A DNA stretch of 63,997 nucleotides, the filler included, from Octopus bimaculoides (lineage: Eukaryota), in assembly GCF_001194135.2 (NCBI RefSeq). It is 6 parts of 6 records of this genome, joined end to end, with 100 filler letters (N's around TTAATTAATTAA, not from the genome) between each part and the next. Parts side by side here need not be neighbours in the genome. Positions count along the whole stretch, not along the records: positions 25,738 to 29,119 come from NC_068981.1; positions 29,220 to 33,643 come from NC_069010.1; positions 33,744 to 43,204 come from NC_068999.1; 3 more parts are not named here. The stretch is one strand, 5' to 3'. The translations under genes were made by a program, and so were the position numbers. The notes under the pieces are model-generated. The model was not told the origin of the DNA, did no database searches, and saw nothing but the letters and a program-made list of their open reading frames with translations. The stretch's first letter is position 1. Each line of letters opens with the position of its first letter. This document shows positions 26,581 to 37,713 of this stretch, piece after piece.

Positions 26581-27546
26581 CTAGCAGAAATATCCAGCGT
26601 TGCCTGGATTAAAGAAAATAATGAAATTCGAAAATGCCTTTTAGATCTCTAACATGACACATGGATTATGCAGTTCTCAACAGTAATTAGCTGCGGTACA
26701 AACTATTAATGTCAATAACATATTTTGTCCAATGTTCTCACTGTTAAAATTGTTAAAAAAAAACAGGTAGTTCTTTGTCTTTGCAATCACCTTCAATTAT
26801 CAGTACTTATTTGAAACACATTGAACCTGAAAATGCATAAACTTGAGAAGAACCAGCCTGCAGGCACTCCTCTCCTGTTAAAAAGTACATCAACTCCNNN
26901 NNNNNNNNNNNNNNNNNNNNNNNNNNNNNNNNNNNNNNNNNNNNNNNNNNNNNNNNNNNNNNNNNNNNNNNNNNNNNNNNNNNNNNNNNNNNNNNNNNNN
27001 NNNNNNNNNNNNNNNNNNNNNNNNNNNNNNNNNNNNNNNNNNNNNNNNNNNNNNNNNNNNNNNNNNNNNNNNNNNNNNNNNNNNNNNNNNNNNNNNNNNN
27101 NNNNNNNNNNNNNNNNNNNNNNNNNNNNNNNNNNNNNNNNNNNNNNNNNNNNNNNNNNNNNNNNNNNNNNNNNNNNNNNNNNNNNNNNNNNNNNNNNNNN
27201 NNNNNNNNNNNNNNNNNNNNNNNNNNNNACCCACCCACATAACTTGGAAAAAAATAATCTTTATTGTGCTGGTTTTTCGTAAAATTTCGCGCATGGGAAA
27301 GGCAACAAAATCGCCCCTCCCTACTTTGAATGGGATATTCCTATCTTAAAAAGTAATAATCAATTATCTCGGTAACCATGGGAGTTGGAGGGCAATAAAA
27401 ATCTCCTGAACATGAGCGGACCATGCTGCCGCTCTGTGCTGAATTTCACACGATTCCACTGCACCGTTCTCGAGTGAATCTGCCGACACTCAATCAATCA
27501 ATCAATCAATCAAGCAATCAAGAACACTGCAATTTATAGTAGAGAT
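26581..27546 (+). mobile_element. Non-autonomous Helentron/HINE-like rolling-circle element (middle hidden by N-gap)
   Basis: Starts ctagcagaaatatccagcgttgcctggat (subterminal hairpin) after (ta)n. Ends ...aatttcacacgattccactgcaccgttctcgagtg...(caat)n...tttatagtagagat, the usual DINE-1/HINE layout. Confidence 0.5.
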
Positions 27547-28136
27547 ATATATATTTACACACACACACACACATACACAAACACACACACATGTTCTTTA
27601 ATTTGTTGGTCTGACGAGGGGTAGCCAGAGAAATGAAGAATAAGAGAATTAGGGGAGGCTAAAGTATGCATACATGTAAAATCAGTGTGTTGTAGAAGTC
27701 TATGGCAATGTACACTGATATTGCTTTTATATATTCCACAATGCATCTTACAAACTTGAACACTCATCTATTCCCATATATATTTATACATACATATATT
27801 TGTACAAACAACAAACATTAAGCAAAGATATTAAATATGAACATACCTAGCAATACAGATACACAAAATGATGAAACAACTGTGGTTATCAATAATTCTT
27901 TTCATTTTTACTTTCCTTCCTGTCTTAAAGAATACATATATCCTGTCAGACCAGGTAGGAGTATCGTGTGCTGTGATATTGATGCATGTTTTGGATTTGC
28001 TGTGGCCTCAGAATGTCACATCATAGTGTTATTTGGTTTTCATTTTTGTTTCTTTTTTTTTTTAATTATTTAGTAATTTTATTTAGATGCTATGTATGTA
28101 GGATATTCTGTTTGAAGCTTGTAGTAGACAATCTTG

Positions 28137-28199
<63 letters not shown>

Positions 28200-28835
28200 C
28201 TCCTCCTCTCTCTCTTTCTCTCTTCTCTCTCTCTTTCTCTCTTTGCTCTCTCTTTCTCTCTTCTCTCTCTCTTTCTCTCTTTTTCTTCCTCTCCTCCTCT
28301 CTTTACTTTCCTAGTGTGTTTACCCAAGATAAAAATATGCACCTATGCATGCTGTTTGTTATGATTTGTTTCTTGCACCAAAAAGGCTCTGACTTAGTAG
28401 ATATCTGACGCCTGATTAATGAGAGTTCAATAGGAATTTTTGAGAAAAATGCACTGAAGTGGGTCTACAGTTACTGCTCTCAGGTTTACTCTAGGACTTG
28501 AACTCATCTCTATATGTTGTTAAATGACTTAATAAATATCCACTGTTTCCTTTCTTTAAACCATTGAAGTTTATCAAGTTTATCTACATGTTTTGATGGA
28601 TTGGATTAGCTTAAGCTAAGGGAACCGATCATGGATACTCATGGTATTAATGACAGGATAGGAATAATTAATATCTTTGACCAGTGGTTTGATACTTCAC
28701 CTACTTGTCTGCCAATCAATGACATCTAAATTATGAGCACAGTGAAATATAAGCACCATGTTATGACAGTTTAGTTTGGTAGTGAGCTACCAACACCAAA
28801 TAAGAACTCTTAGAAAATATATCAGCAATAGCCAA

Positions 28836-28867
<32 letters not shown>

Positions 28868-28934
28868 GTATATATATGTATATATATATGTATATTCTGT
28901 TGGTCATTGCTTTGCTTCTTATCAAACTTAGTTT

Positions 28935-29119
28935 CATCATCATCATCATCATCGTTTAACGTCCGCTTTCCATGCTAGCATGGGTTGGACGATTTGACTG
29001 AGGACTGGTGAAACCGGATGGCAACACCAGGCTCCAGTCTGATTTGGCAGAGTTTCTACAGCTGGATGCCCTTCCTAACGCCAACCACTCAGAGAGTGTA
29101 GTGGGTGCTTTTACGTGTC
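28935..29119 (-). mobile_element. SINE family C with (gat)n tail
   Basis: catcat..gtttaacgtccgctttccatgctagcatgggttggacg..., about 95% identical to the inverted copy at 31425-31571. Confidence 0.8.
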
Positions 29120-29219
29120 NNNNNNNNNNNNNNNNNNNNNNNNNNNNNNNNNNNNNNNNNNNNTTAATTAATTAANNNNNNNNNNNNNNNNNNNNNNNNN
29201 NNNNNNNNNNNNNNNNNNN
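29120..29219. other. Artificial 100-bp assembly linker
   Basis: 44N + TTAATTAATTAA + 44N. Confidence 0.95.
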
Positions 29220-29580
29220 TTAACGTCCGCTTTCCATGCTGGCATGGGTTGGACGATTTGACTGAGGACTGGTGGAACCCGAAGGCTGCACCAGGCTCCA
29301 ATCTGATTTGGCAGAGTTTCTACAGCTGGATGCCCTTCCTAACGCCAACCACTCAGAGAGTGTAGTGGGTGCTTTTACATGCCACCGGCACAAAGGCCAG
29401 TCAGGCGGTACTGGCAACGGCCACGCTCAAAATGGTGTATTTTATGTGCCACCCGCACAAGAGCCAGTCCAGGGGCACTGGCAACGATCTCGCTCGAAAG
29501 TCCTTACACATGTCACGGGCACAAGTGCCAGAAAGGCGACACTGGGCACAGGTGCCATCATGATTTCGCTTTCGCTAGCC
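29220..29580 (-). mobile_element. SINE family C, second copy just right of the linker
   Basis: Same sequence as 28955-29119 with several substitutions, extending further. Confidence 0.8.
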
Positions 29581-29772
29581 CCAACAAGTCTTCGCAATCT
29601 GAGTTTCGTGTAGCTAAAGAATGATATATTAAAAAACAAAAACAAACATGGTGGGCAAGGTTGGAATGCCTTTTGATCATAGGTTGACATGTCTCAGGAC
29701 CAAATTGGATCTAAATAACAACACTATAAACACACAAAACATTCATTTCTCTCAAAAATAAATATATTCTCT

Positions 29773-29885
29773 TGGTGACCTCCCCTGGTAACCTTTCAAT
29801 GTGACCTCACACGGTGACCTTTCGTAATGACCTCTGTGGTGAACTTTCAGTGTGACCTCTCATTATGATGTCTCATTGTGACCAT
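29773..29885. repeat. 13-bp-period degenerate minisatellite built on TGACCT
   Basis: TGACCT or a variant starts at 29776, 29789, 29802, 29815, 29828, 29840, 29853, 29866 and 29879. Confidence 0.8.
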
Positions 29886-30079
29886 CTATAATTTGGTTAG
29901 AATTTTTAGGTCAAAACCGGAATTCTTTTTACCCCTTTTTTTTCTGACCAGTTCAAACATTCTCCAGGTACCAGTGTGACCAACGACTTATTTTGACACA
30001 AAACCTTTTATGCAATTTTTAAAAAAAAAACAAAAAAACCTCACAAGTCACCCCATTCCCAATATATATTCGGTGTTTA

Positions 30080-30139
30080 CCCTCAGTACTACGTTTGCAG
30101 ACCAGCAGGGGTCCGCGGTCCAGAGGTTGGGAACCACTG
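30080..30139 (-). mobile_element. hAT-like transposon terminal fragment
   Basis: Minus strand cagtggttcccaacctctggaccgcggacccc is a typical hAT-type terminus. No partner end was found. Confidence 0.45.
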
Positions 30140-30280
30140 CGATGTATTTTAAACGAAAACCTCGCCAGTTATTGCTTTGATGGCCTAATAGGTAACGGTG
30201 TTTAGAAATAATAACAAAATATTCTAGTGGAGGTTTCAAATCTCTGCCAGAAATTACAAGATGTCTTACTAAATATTATA

Positions 30281-30481
30281 GGCGTAGGAGTGGCTGTGTG
30301 GTAAGTAGCTTGCTTACCAACCACATGGTTCTGGGTTCAGTCCCACTGCGTGGCACCTTGGGCAAGTGTCTTCTACTATAGCCTCGGGCCGACCAAAGCC
30401 TTGTGAGTGGATTTGGTAGACGGAAACTGAAAGAAGTCTGTCGTATATATGTATATATATATGTATGTGTGTGTATATGTT
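30281..30481 (+). mobile_element. SINE family A, young copy truncated by gap
   Basis: ggcgtaggagtggctgtgtggtaagtagcttgcttaccaaccacatggttctgggttcagtcccactgcgtggcaccttgggcaagtgtc. Confidence 0.85.
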
Positions 30482-31424
30482 NNNNNNNNNNNNNNNNNNN
30501 NNNNNNNNNNNNNNNNNNNNNNNNNNNNNNNNNNNNNNNNNNNNNNNNNNNNNNNNNNNNNNNNNNNNNNNNNNNNNNNNNNNNNNNNNNNNNNNNNNNN
30601 NNNNNNNNNNNNNNNNNNNNNNNNNNNNNNNNNNNNNNNNNNNNNNNNNNNNNNNNNNNNNNNNNNNNNNNNNNNNNNNNNNNNNNNNNNNNNNNNNNNN
30701 NNNNNNNNNNNNNNNNNNNNNNNNNNNNNNNNNNNNNNNNNNNNNNNNNNNNNNNNNNNNNNNNNNNNNNNNNNNNNNNNNNNNNNNNNNNNNNNNNNNN
30801 NNNNNNNNNNNNNNNNNNNNNNNNNNNNNNNNNNNNNNNNNNNNNNNNNNNNNNNNNNNNNNNNNNNNNNNNNNNNNNNNNNNNNNNNNNNNNNNNNNNN
30901 NNNNNNNNNNNNNNNNNNNNNNNNNNNNNNNNNNNNNNNNNNNNNNNNNNNNNNNNNNNNNNNNNNNNNNNNNNNNNNNNNNNNNNNNNNNNNNNNNNNN
31001 NNNNNNNNNNNNNNNNNNNNNNNNNNNNNNNNNNNNNNNNNNNNNNNNNNNNNNNNNNNNNNNNNNNNNNNNNNNNNNNNNNNNNNNNNNNNNNNNNNNN
31101 NNNNNNNNNNNNNNNNNNNNNNNNNNNNNNNNNNNNNNNNNNNNNNNNNNNNNNNNNNNNNNNNNNNNNNNNNNNNNNNNNNNNNNNNNNNNNNNNNNNN
31201 NNNNNNNNNNNNNNNNNNNNNNNNNNNNNNNNNNNNNNNNNNNNNNNNNNNNNNNNNNNNNNNNNNNNNNNNNNNNNNNNNNNNNNNNNNTTGTTCCCTA
31301 TCCCCACTCCCCTACTTTTTTTTTTAAACTCCACACTTACTTCCAGCTACCATTACTGTTTTTTTTTCTTCTTTATTTGACTGATTGTTGCTTTCTGTCT
31401 CCCCTTTTATTCTTTCCCAAAAAA

Positions 31425-31571
31425 TGTTGGTTAGGAAGGGCATCCAGCTGTAGAAACTCTGCCAAATCAGATTGGAGCCTGGTGTAGCCATCTGGTTTCA
31501 CCAGTCCTCAGTCAAATCGTCCAACCCATGCTAGCATGGAAAGCAGACGTTAAACGACGATGATGATGATG
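31425..31571 (+). mobile_element. SINE family C 3' part
   Basis: ggaagggcatccagctgtagaaactctgccaaatc...aagcagacgttaaacgacgatgatgatg. An older copy lies at 4170-4480. Confidence 0.8.
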
Positions 31572-31864
31572 GTGAAACAATTTGAATAAATAAGAATTAC
31601 ATTTGACAGTAATCTGAATGGAATATTCTTTAAACAAGGTTTTCTGTAAAGCCTTAACAAAATCCTCAACAGGACATGGAATATAAGACAATGCTAGGGT
31701 CCAACGTCCCTCATGATCAACTCAGATTGTTAGGGATCAGGGAAGCAGACAACAAGGATCTGCCTAAATCCTTAGGCATTAATTCAAAGACTGCAAACAG
31801 AAAAATTTTAGACAACAACCCATCAAGATGTCTATGTTTACCTTAGAATATAAGGTTGGAATGC

Positions 31865-31966
31865 TTTAAAAGACAAAATATTTGTCAGCAGCCAGCCATG
31901 AGGATATTGGAGGGATGCGAGTTCGTTCCTCATGGCTGGCTGCCGACAAATTTTTCTGCTTTTAAA
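31865..31966 (-). repeat. Inverted repeat / hairpin in ACAD10 intron
   Basis: Arms 31881-31904 and 31927-31950 are complementary over 24 bp with one mismatch (G-U on the minus strand), with further imperfect outer pairing. Confidence 0.85.
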
Positions 31967-32313
31967 AAGAAAAATGGATTTTATCCTTTATATCTATACT
32001 GTTCAGTATCTATGCGTTGAATAAAATTTATCTTTCTACTTGTTCTACCATACATTTCAGCGCTTTGAAAAACAAACTTGTTTGTTTACATATGGCTTAG
32101 AATATAAGTAACCCTGTGTCAAGTTTGCACTGAGATGTGTGCCTGTGTCTACCAAGGAGTATAACTAACTCTGTGTCAAGATTGATGATGAGCTGTATGT
32201 CTATATGTACCAGCAAGTTGCTACAGTCAACTAAAAGTATCTAACAGGAGTAAAAAAGCTGAAAAGAGAAACCAACATTAAAACCCCCGAATATAATATA
32301 ATTCCTTGCTTAC

Positions 32314-32487
32314 CAATTGTGGCTCTTTTGTAGACTCCCTGTAATATTGCAGCAAACCTGAAGAATGTATAAATAACATAGAAATTCCAGTTTTCTATTG
32401 GTGGAATGTTACGAGTGGAACAATACTGGGCTAGGATTTGGTCAATGGTGGGGATTCCGTACTGAGTGAGGGCCACGTCACTAAGAC
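32314..32487 (-). CDS. ACAD10: ACAD10 next internal exon ([59 protein letters not shown])
   Basis: 174-nt exon between a tcgtttcag acceptor and a G|gtaagc donor, phase 1/1, in frame with the upstream exon. Matches ACAD10 LTQLGIP...[31 protein letters not shown] as recalled. Confidence 0.9.
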
Positions 32488-32838
32488 CTGAAACGACACC
32501 AGAATTAGAAGGGGTTGTAGTGAGTTAGGGCAAACAATGGTAAAACTTGGGTTAACAACGTTAAAGTTAAGATACTAGGTTATTACTGATTGAAATATGC
32601 TTGGGGCATATTTAAGCCCATAAAAAAAAATATTCACCTTATTTTGACATGGAGAGAATTTGTTGCCACAGACAAATGATGGAAATACACCTAAAGTTAG
32701 CTTACAGCGCCACCTACCCAGACAGTGAAATGCAAGCATTTCAGAGTGGTTATCTTCTCTTCAATCATAGAAACCAGATAGGGTGCGCTGTGAGCTGGTA
32801 AGAGAGATTGTCCCTCATATGATATTCCAGTTATTATA

Positions 32839-32965
32839 CAGGGTGTCCACAAAGTCTGGGTACATGGGGATTAACACATACTTGAAGAAATTATTATTTC
32901 TTATATTTAATGGTTTATGTTATGATTTTATTTACTCCATGTACCCAGACCTTGTGGACACCCTG
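32839..32965. mobile_element. Tc1/mariner-type MITE in the ACAD10 intron
   Basis: 29-bp TIRs cagggtgtccacaaagtctgggtacatgg / ccatgtacccagaccttgtggacaccctg (1 mismatch), TA on both sides, AT-rich core. Confidence 0.85.
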
Positions 32966-33081
32966 TATAATGACTGGTAGCACTAAACAGGGGATCACTG
33001 TAAACAAAGACAGAGAGAGAGGTGGGGAAAGCGAGAGAGAGGTGGTGGAGATGGATGTATGGAGACAAAGAGCAGACATAC

Positions 33082-33227
33082 CCGGCAGGATTGGAAACCT
33101 GGATGGCACATAATACATAAAACAGCAGGTAGCTAAGTCTGAGAGTGGATCGCCGAGGGTGGAGAGCTCCCAGTCAATCACAGCCAAAACATCGTCACTT
33201 TTATCACTGTAGATGATGTTATCTAAA
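33082..33227 (-). CDS. ACAD10: ACAD10 internal exon, aminoglycoside-phosphotransferase/kinase-like domain (LDNIIYSDKSDDVLAVIDWELSTLGDPLSDLATCCFMYYVPSRFPILPG)
   Basis: 146-nt exon between a tttatttcag acceptor and a G|gtatgt donor. The translation matches the ACAD10/11 motif (HGDFR)LDN...LAVLDWELSTLGDPL.D, and the FPILPG end resembles ACAD10 FPVLRG more than ACAD11. Phase 2 start, phase 1 end. Confidence 0.9.
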
Positions 33228-33364
33228 CTGAAATAAATGTAAAAAAAAAAAGGGATTCTGTTAGATGAAAGATAAGAGAAAATAATCAGGTAATGAACAA
33301 GACAGCATAGCAGCTAATTAACTATGTATTACTTAAACCTGTTGTGCAATAATTGGTTGGTTAT

Positions 33365-33643
33365 GTTGTTGTTGGCACTCCGTCGCTTACGACGTCGAGG
33401 GTCCCAGTTGATCCGATCAACGGAACAGCCTGCTCGTGAAATTAACGTGCAAGTGGCTGAGAACTCCACAGACACGTGTACCCTTAACGTAGTTCTCGGG
33501 GGATATTCAGCGTGACACAGTGTATGACAAGGCTGACCCTTTGAATTACAGGCACAACAGAAACAGGAAGTAAGAGTGAGAGAAAGTTGTGGTGAAAGAG
33601 TACAGCAGGGTTCGCCACCATCCCCTGCCGGAGCCTCGTGAAG
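33365..33643 (-). mobile_element. SINE family B in the intron 5' of the ACAD10 exons, truncated by linker
   Basis: Reverse complement of 19330-19598 with a (caa)n tail. Confidence 0.85.
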
Positions 33644-33743
33644 NNNNNNNNNNNNNNNNNNNNNNNNNNNNNNNNNNNNNNNNNNNNTTAATTAATTAAN
33701 NNNNNNNNNNNNNNNNNNNNNNNNNNNNNNNNNNNNNNNNNNN
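33644..33743. other. Artificial 100-bp assembly linker
   Basis: 44N + TTAATTAATTAA + 44N. Confidence 0.95.
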
Positions 33744-33782
<39 letters not shown>

Positions 33783-33834
33783 GATAGATAGATAGATAGA
33801 TAGATACATTTCTTTTATTAGCCACACAGGGCTC

Positions 33835-33870
<36 letters not shown>

Positions 33871-34897
33871 GAAAGCAAGAAAGAAAGGAAGAAAGGAAGG
33901 AAGGAAGGAAGGAACTAAAAGACAAACCGCTGCCTCAGACAGTGTAGTAAAGCAAAGCCTCTTTCTACACTTTTACCATTTTATTTTCGTCCAATTCCTC
34001 GTTCCACGCTTCTTTCGATTCCTCACTACAATCTTCATTCATCTCAGACTTAATTGGAATCCCTAATCACACATCTCATTAATGAAAACGCCGATCGTCA
34101 TCATCCTATCGCTCTCATTAAAATATTTCTCCTAAATACTATTGTCTTCTCTCTCTCTCTTCCTCTCCCTCCCTCTCTCTCTCCCTCTCCATCTCTCCCT
34201 CCCTTTCCCTCTCACGCTGTCCTCTCTTTCTCTGTCTTTTTCTATTCTTTCTCTCATTATTTTCTCTCTTTTTTTTCCACGCTTCTTCTTTATTATTTCA
34301 CTTTTCATTCTCCTTGTCATCCTTCTCTTCCTCCTCCTCCTTCTCCTTCTCACCGCTTTATCATTCTCCTTTCCCTCTTTCTCTCTCCTCTTCTTCTTCT
34401 TCTTTTTCATTTTCTACTCACCTTCCTCCTCCTTCCTCTTATTTCGTCTTCCCCTTCTCTCCTCCTCCTTCAATCTCTTTCCTCCTCTTCTTCATCATCC
34501 TCCTCTTCCTTCTCCTTCACAGATGCTACCCTCCAAGACCTATAATTCTCCTTAAAACCTTTTTTCCCCTTTCATATTGTCTCTTTCTTTCTTTCTTCTA
34601 CTCCCAAAGGTCCTCTCAAGCATTTCAGATAAATAAAAATAATGCCCAACGTTGCTTCTTCTAAACAAATAGGACAAGATTTGAGTTTGAGAGACGTTTG
34701 ACTGCTAAAGGCTCCCTGTTTGTCCTGCCTTTCCTCCCACTCCCTACTCCCCTCACCCTCACCCTCTCTCTGTCTCTCTTTCTCCCTCTCTCTAAACATA
34801 ACCGTTGCTTATTAGTTGTTGCTGCAGCCGGGAATTGAACTTGTGCACTTACGATCGCGAGCCGAATGCCCTAACCACTAAGCCACGCGCCTTCACA

Positions 34898-34957
<60 letters not shown>

Positions 34958-34983
34958 GATGATAATAATAATAATAAATGATG

Positions 34984-35061
<78 letters not shown>

Positions 35062-35216
35062 GATAATAAATAGTTGAATAAGCAAGTATATAAGAAGAAA
35101 AGGCTGTCTATGAACTCCAGCTGTGTGCACTGACAAGTGACACCCAGAATCTAATTTTACTGTCAACGTTGAATGTTGCTTAGCTGCTTGCTTGAATAAA
35201 AAGGAACAGAAAAGTA

Positions 35217-35260
<44 letters not shown>

Positions 35261-35273
35261 CAACAGCAACGGC

Positions 35274-35307
<34 letters not shown>

Positions 35308-35568
35308 ATGATAATAATAAATGCAATTTAAGATTTTCACACTGGAATTACTAATTAGTCCAAGCTGTGTTTTATACATTAGTCTGTATAAGAAACTGCA
35401 TCAAAGTTCCTTGACTTAAGCTTTTATACCAGTTGTTGACGAATTAGGCAGGCAGACAGGCAGGCAGGCAGGCATGATGCATCAATCTTTGTGCCAGAAA
35501 TATACAAAATTTATTACAACATCGTGTCTAGTGTAGGAAGATATTTGATAGAATGGTCGTTAAGGTTG

Positions 35569-35742
35569 TTTGTATTTCGTCAGTTAGTATAGACGAGCCA
35601 GCGAGTAAAGAAAGGTGGCGTGTCAAATTGTATTATATATCTTCGAAAAAAAAATTTCGTTTCCATTTTTAGCAATTTGACACGCCACGTAGAGACCTTT
35701 CTTTACTCGCTGGCTCGTCTATACTAACTGACGAAATACAAA
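35569..35742. repeat. Long inverted repeat (MITE-like)
   Basis: Arms 35569-35630 and 35673-35742 are complementary apart from one 8-bp indel; 42-bp spacer. Confidence 0.85.
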
Positions 35743-36507
35743 TTAATTTCTTTCTGCCATGGGTACAAGGTTTGAAACTCTGACGAGAGGAGCCTTTTTC
35801 TCAATTTAAAAGTATTAACAAGCAAAGTCGATCACGGTAGAATTTGAACTTAGATCGGAAAGAGCCGAACATATGCTCCTAATCATTTTGGCTGGCGGGC
35901 TAACGACTCTGCCAGCATCCGCCTTTGTCTCTAAGTAATTAGAATAATAAGGAGAAGGGCATATTGGATAATGTCGTTCTAGATTAATTAGTTGGGATGG
36001 TCACAAATGGAACAGTTTTTATTCGACGATCTGTAATCAACGATGCTACTGTTTTTTTTTTTTTTGTATATAGAAAATGTTTAATGTAGAGTAAATACTT
36101 TAATTAGAAATATTAATTAGTAGAAGAAAATATGAGTTCAATGAGGTATGTTATGTCAGTCCTTTTAAAAGGTATAGGAGACTTTCATTGTACGAACGAC
36201 TACAACTGTAATCGTGCCCTTCATTATTTAAGACAGTATGTGTTTTATGCTGTAGAATTCAGGTGATATTTCTAGCGACCCCATCAAGGTCCCTACGTTG
36301 CCAGGAGCGGCGCCCTCGTGCATAAATGCGGAGGTGTGTGATATAAGCATAATTAAAAAACAATCATATAACTCGCATGAAGCCGTTTTACTTCACTGCC
36401 GCAGTTAATGACCTTGGGACGGGCATGAATGCACAACCTCCTGCAACGCTACACCCACTTCATTCACACTAATGTTATTTCTCTCTCGCTCACTTTCTCT
36501 CACTCTT

Positions 36508-36557
<50 letters not shown>

Positions 36558-36849
36558 NNNNNNNNNNNNNNNNNNNNNNNNNNNNNNNNNNNNNNNNNNN
36601 NNNNNNNNNNNNNNNNNNNNNNNNNNNNNNNNNNNNNNNNNNNNNNNNNNNNNNNNNNNNNNNNNNNNNNNNNNNNNNNNNNNNNNNNNNNNNNNNTAGG
36701 CAAAATAAAGTCAACTATACATTAAGCATTAGTTAGTTCTGTTGCACCCGGAACAACCATATTTGTCTATCTATGGTGCAGTAACAGCAGCAACAGCAGC
36801 ACCTGTAGTAGTAGTAGTAGTAGTAGTAGTAGCAGTAGAAGTAGTAGCA

Positions 36850-36913
<64 letters not shown>

Positions 36914-37629
36914 CAGAAACAGTATCCAGCGAAGTAGCCAATGGTAGTGGTTAACACCGCGTCAGCTCTAGATTAAGCCGATCTATGACCAAAAGCCTGC
37001 CAGCCGTGATCATCTCGTCGTATTTGTTCGTCCTCATTTCTGATTACATTGTTTAATGGTACCCTTCCGTAAAGAAAAAAGAAAACCCAGGATGATCAGG
37101 TGTGATTTCAAGGCAAATCGGTTGCAACATTTTACCAGGTCAAGCGAGCACTCACGCACAGATTCTACTGTTGGCTTGTGTATGTACCAGTAATATGCTG
37201 AGGTCGATCGATTGCTTTCTCTTCCCCCCTCTCTCTCCTCCTTGCCCTTAATAATTGCCCTAGTACCATTGAAAAATGTCCTTTCTTATCTTGTACTCGA
37301 CTTCCAGAGTAAAGTTACATAAAGTTTGTGTGTCTCTGACTAAAACGTTTAGAAGCGTTTTGCCTTATGCTTTACTTGTTTCGATCATTGGACTACGGCC
37401 ATGCTGGTGCACCGCCTTGCAAGGTGTAGCAGTAGAAATCGACCACAGTACTTGTTTTAAAATCTGCCGCCCTCTTTTACCGGTTGTCAAACGGCAATGA
37501 GAAACAAACACAAATATATTGCACCTACGTATGGAGGTATGTTACATACATACGTACAGACACACACATATCTGTCTATCTATCAATCTATCTATCTATC
37601 TATCTATACATACATACATACATACATAC

Positions 37630-37689
<60 letters not shown>

Positions 37690-37713
37690 CTATACACACA
37701 CACATATATATAT

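Noticed and set aside
26799-26874. Acceptor-like sites giving GEECLQAGSS..., considered as the next ACAD10 exon
   Set aside because: In-frame stop after FK, and no real match to GQASS...LAW.
35080-35195. Acceptor-like site giving QAAKQHSTLTV...
   Set aside because: No ACAD10 or other recognisable similarity, and no convincing donor.
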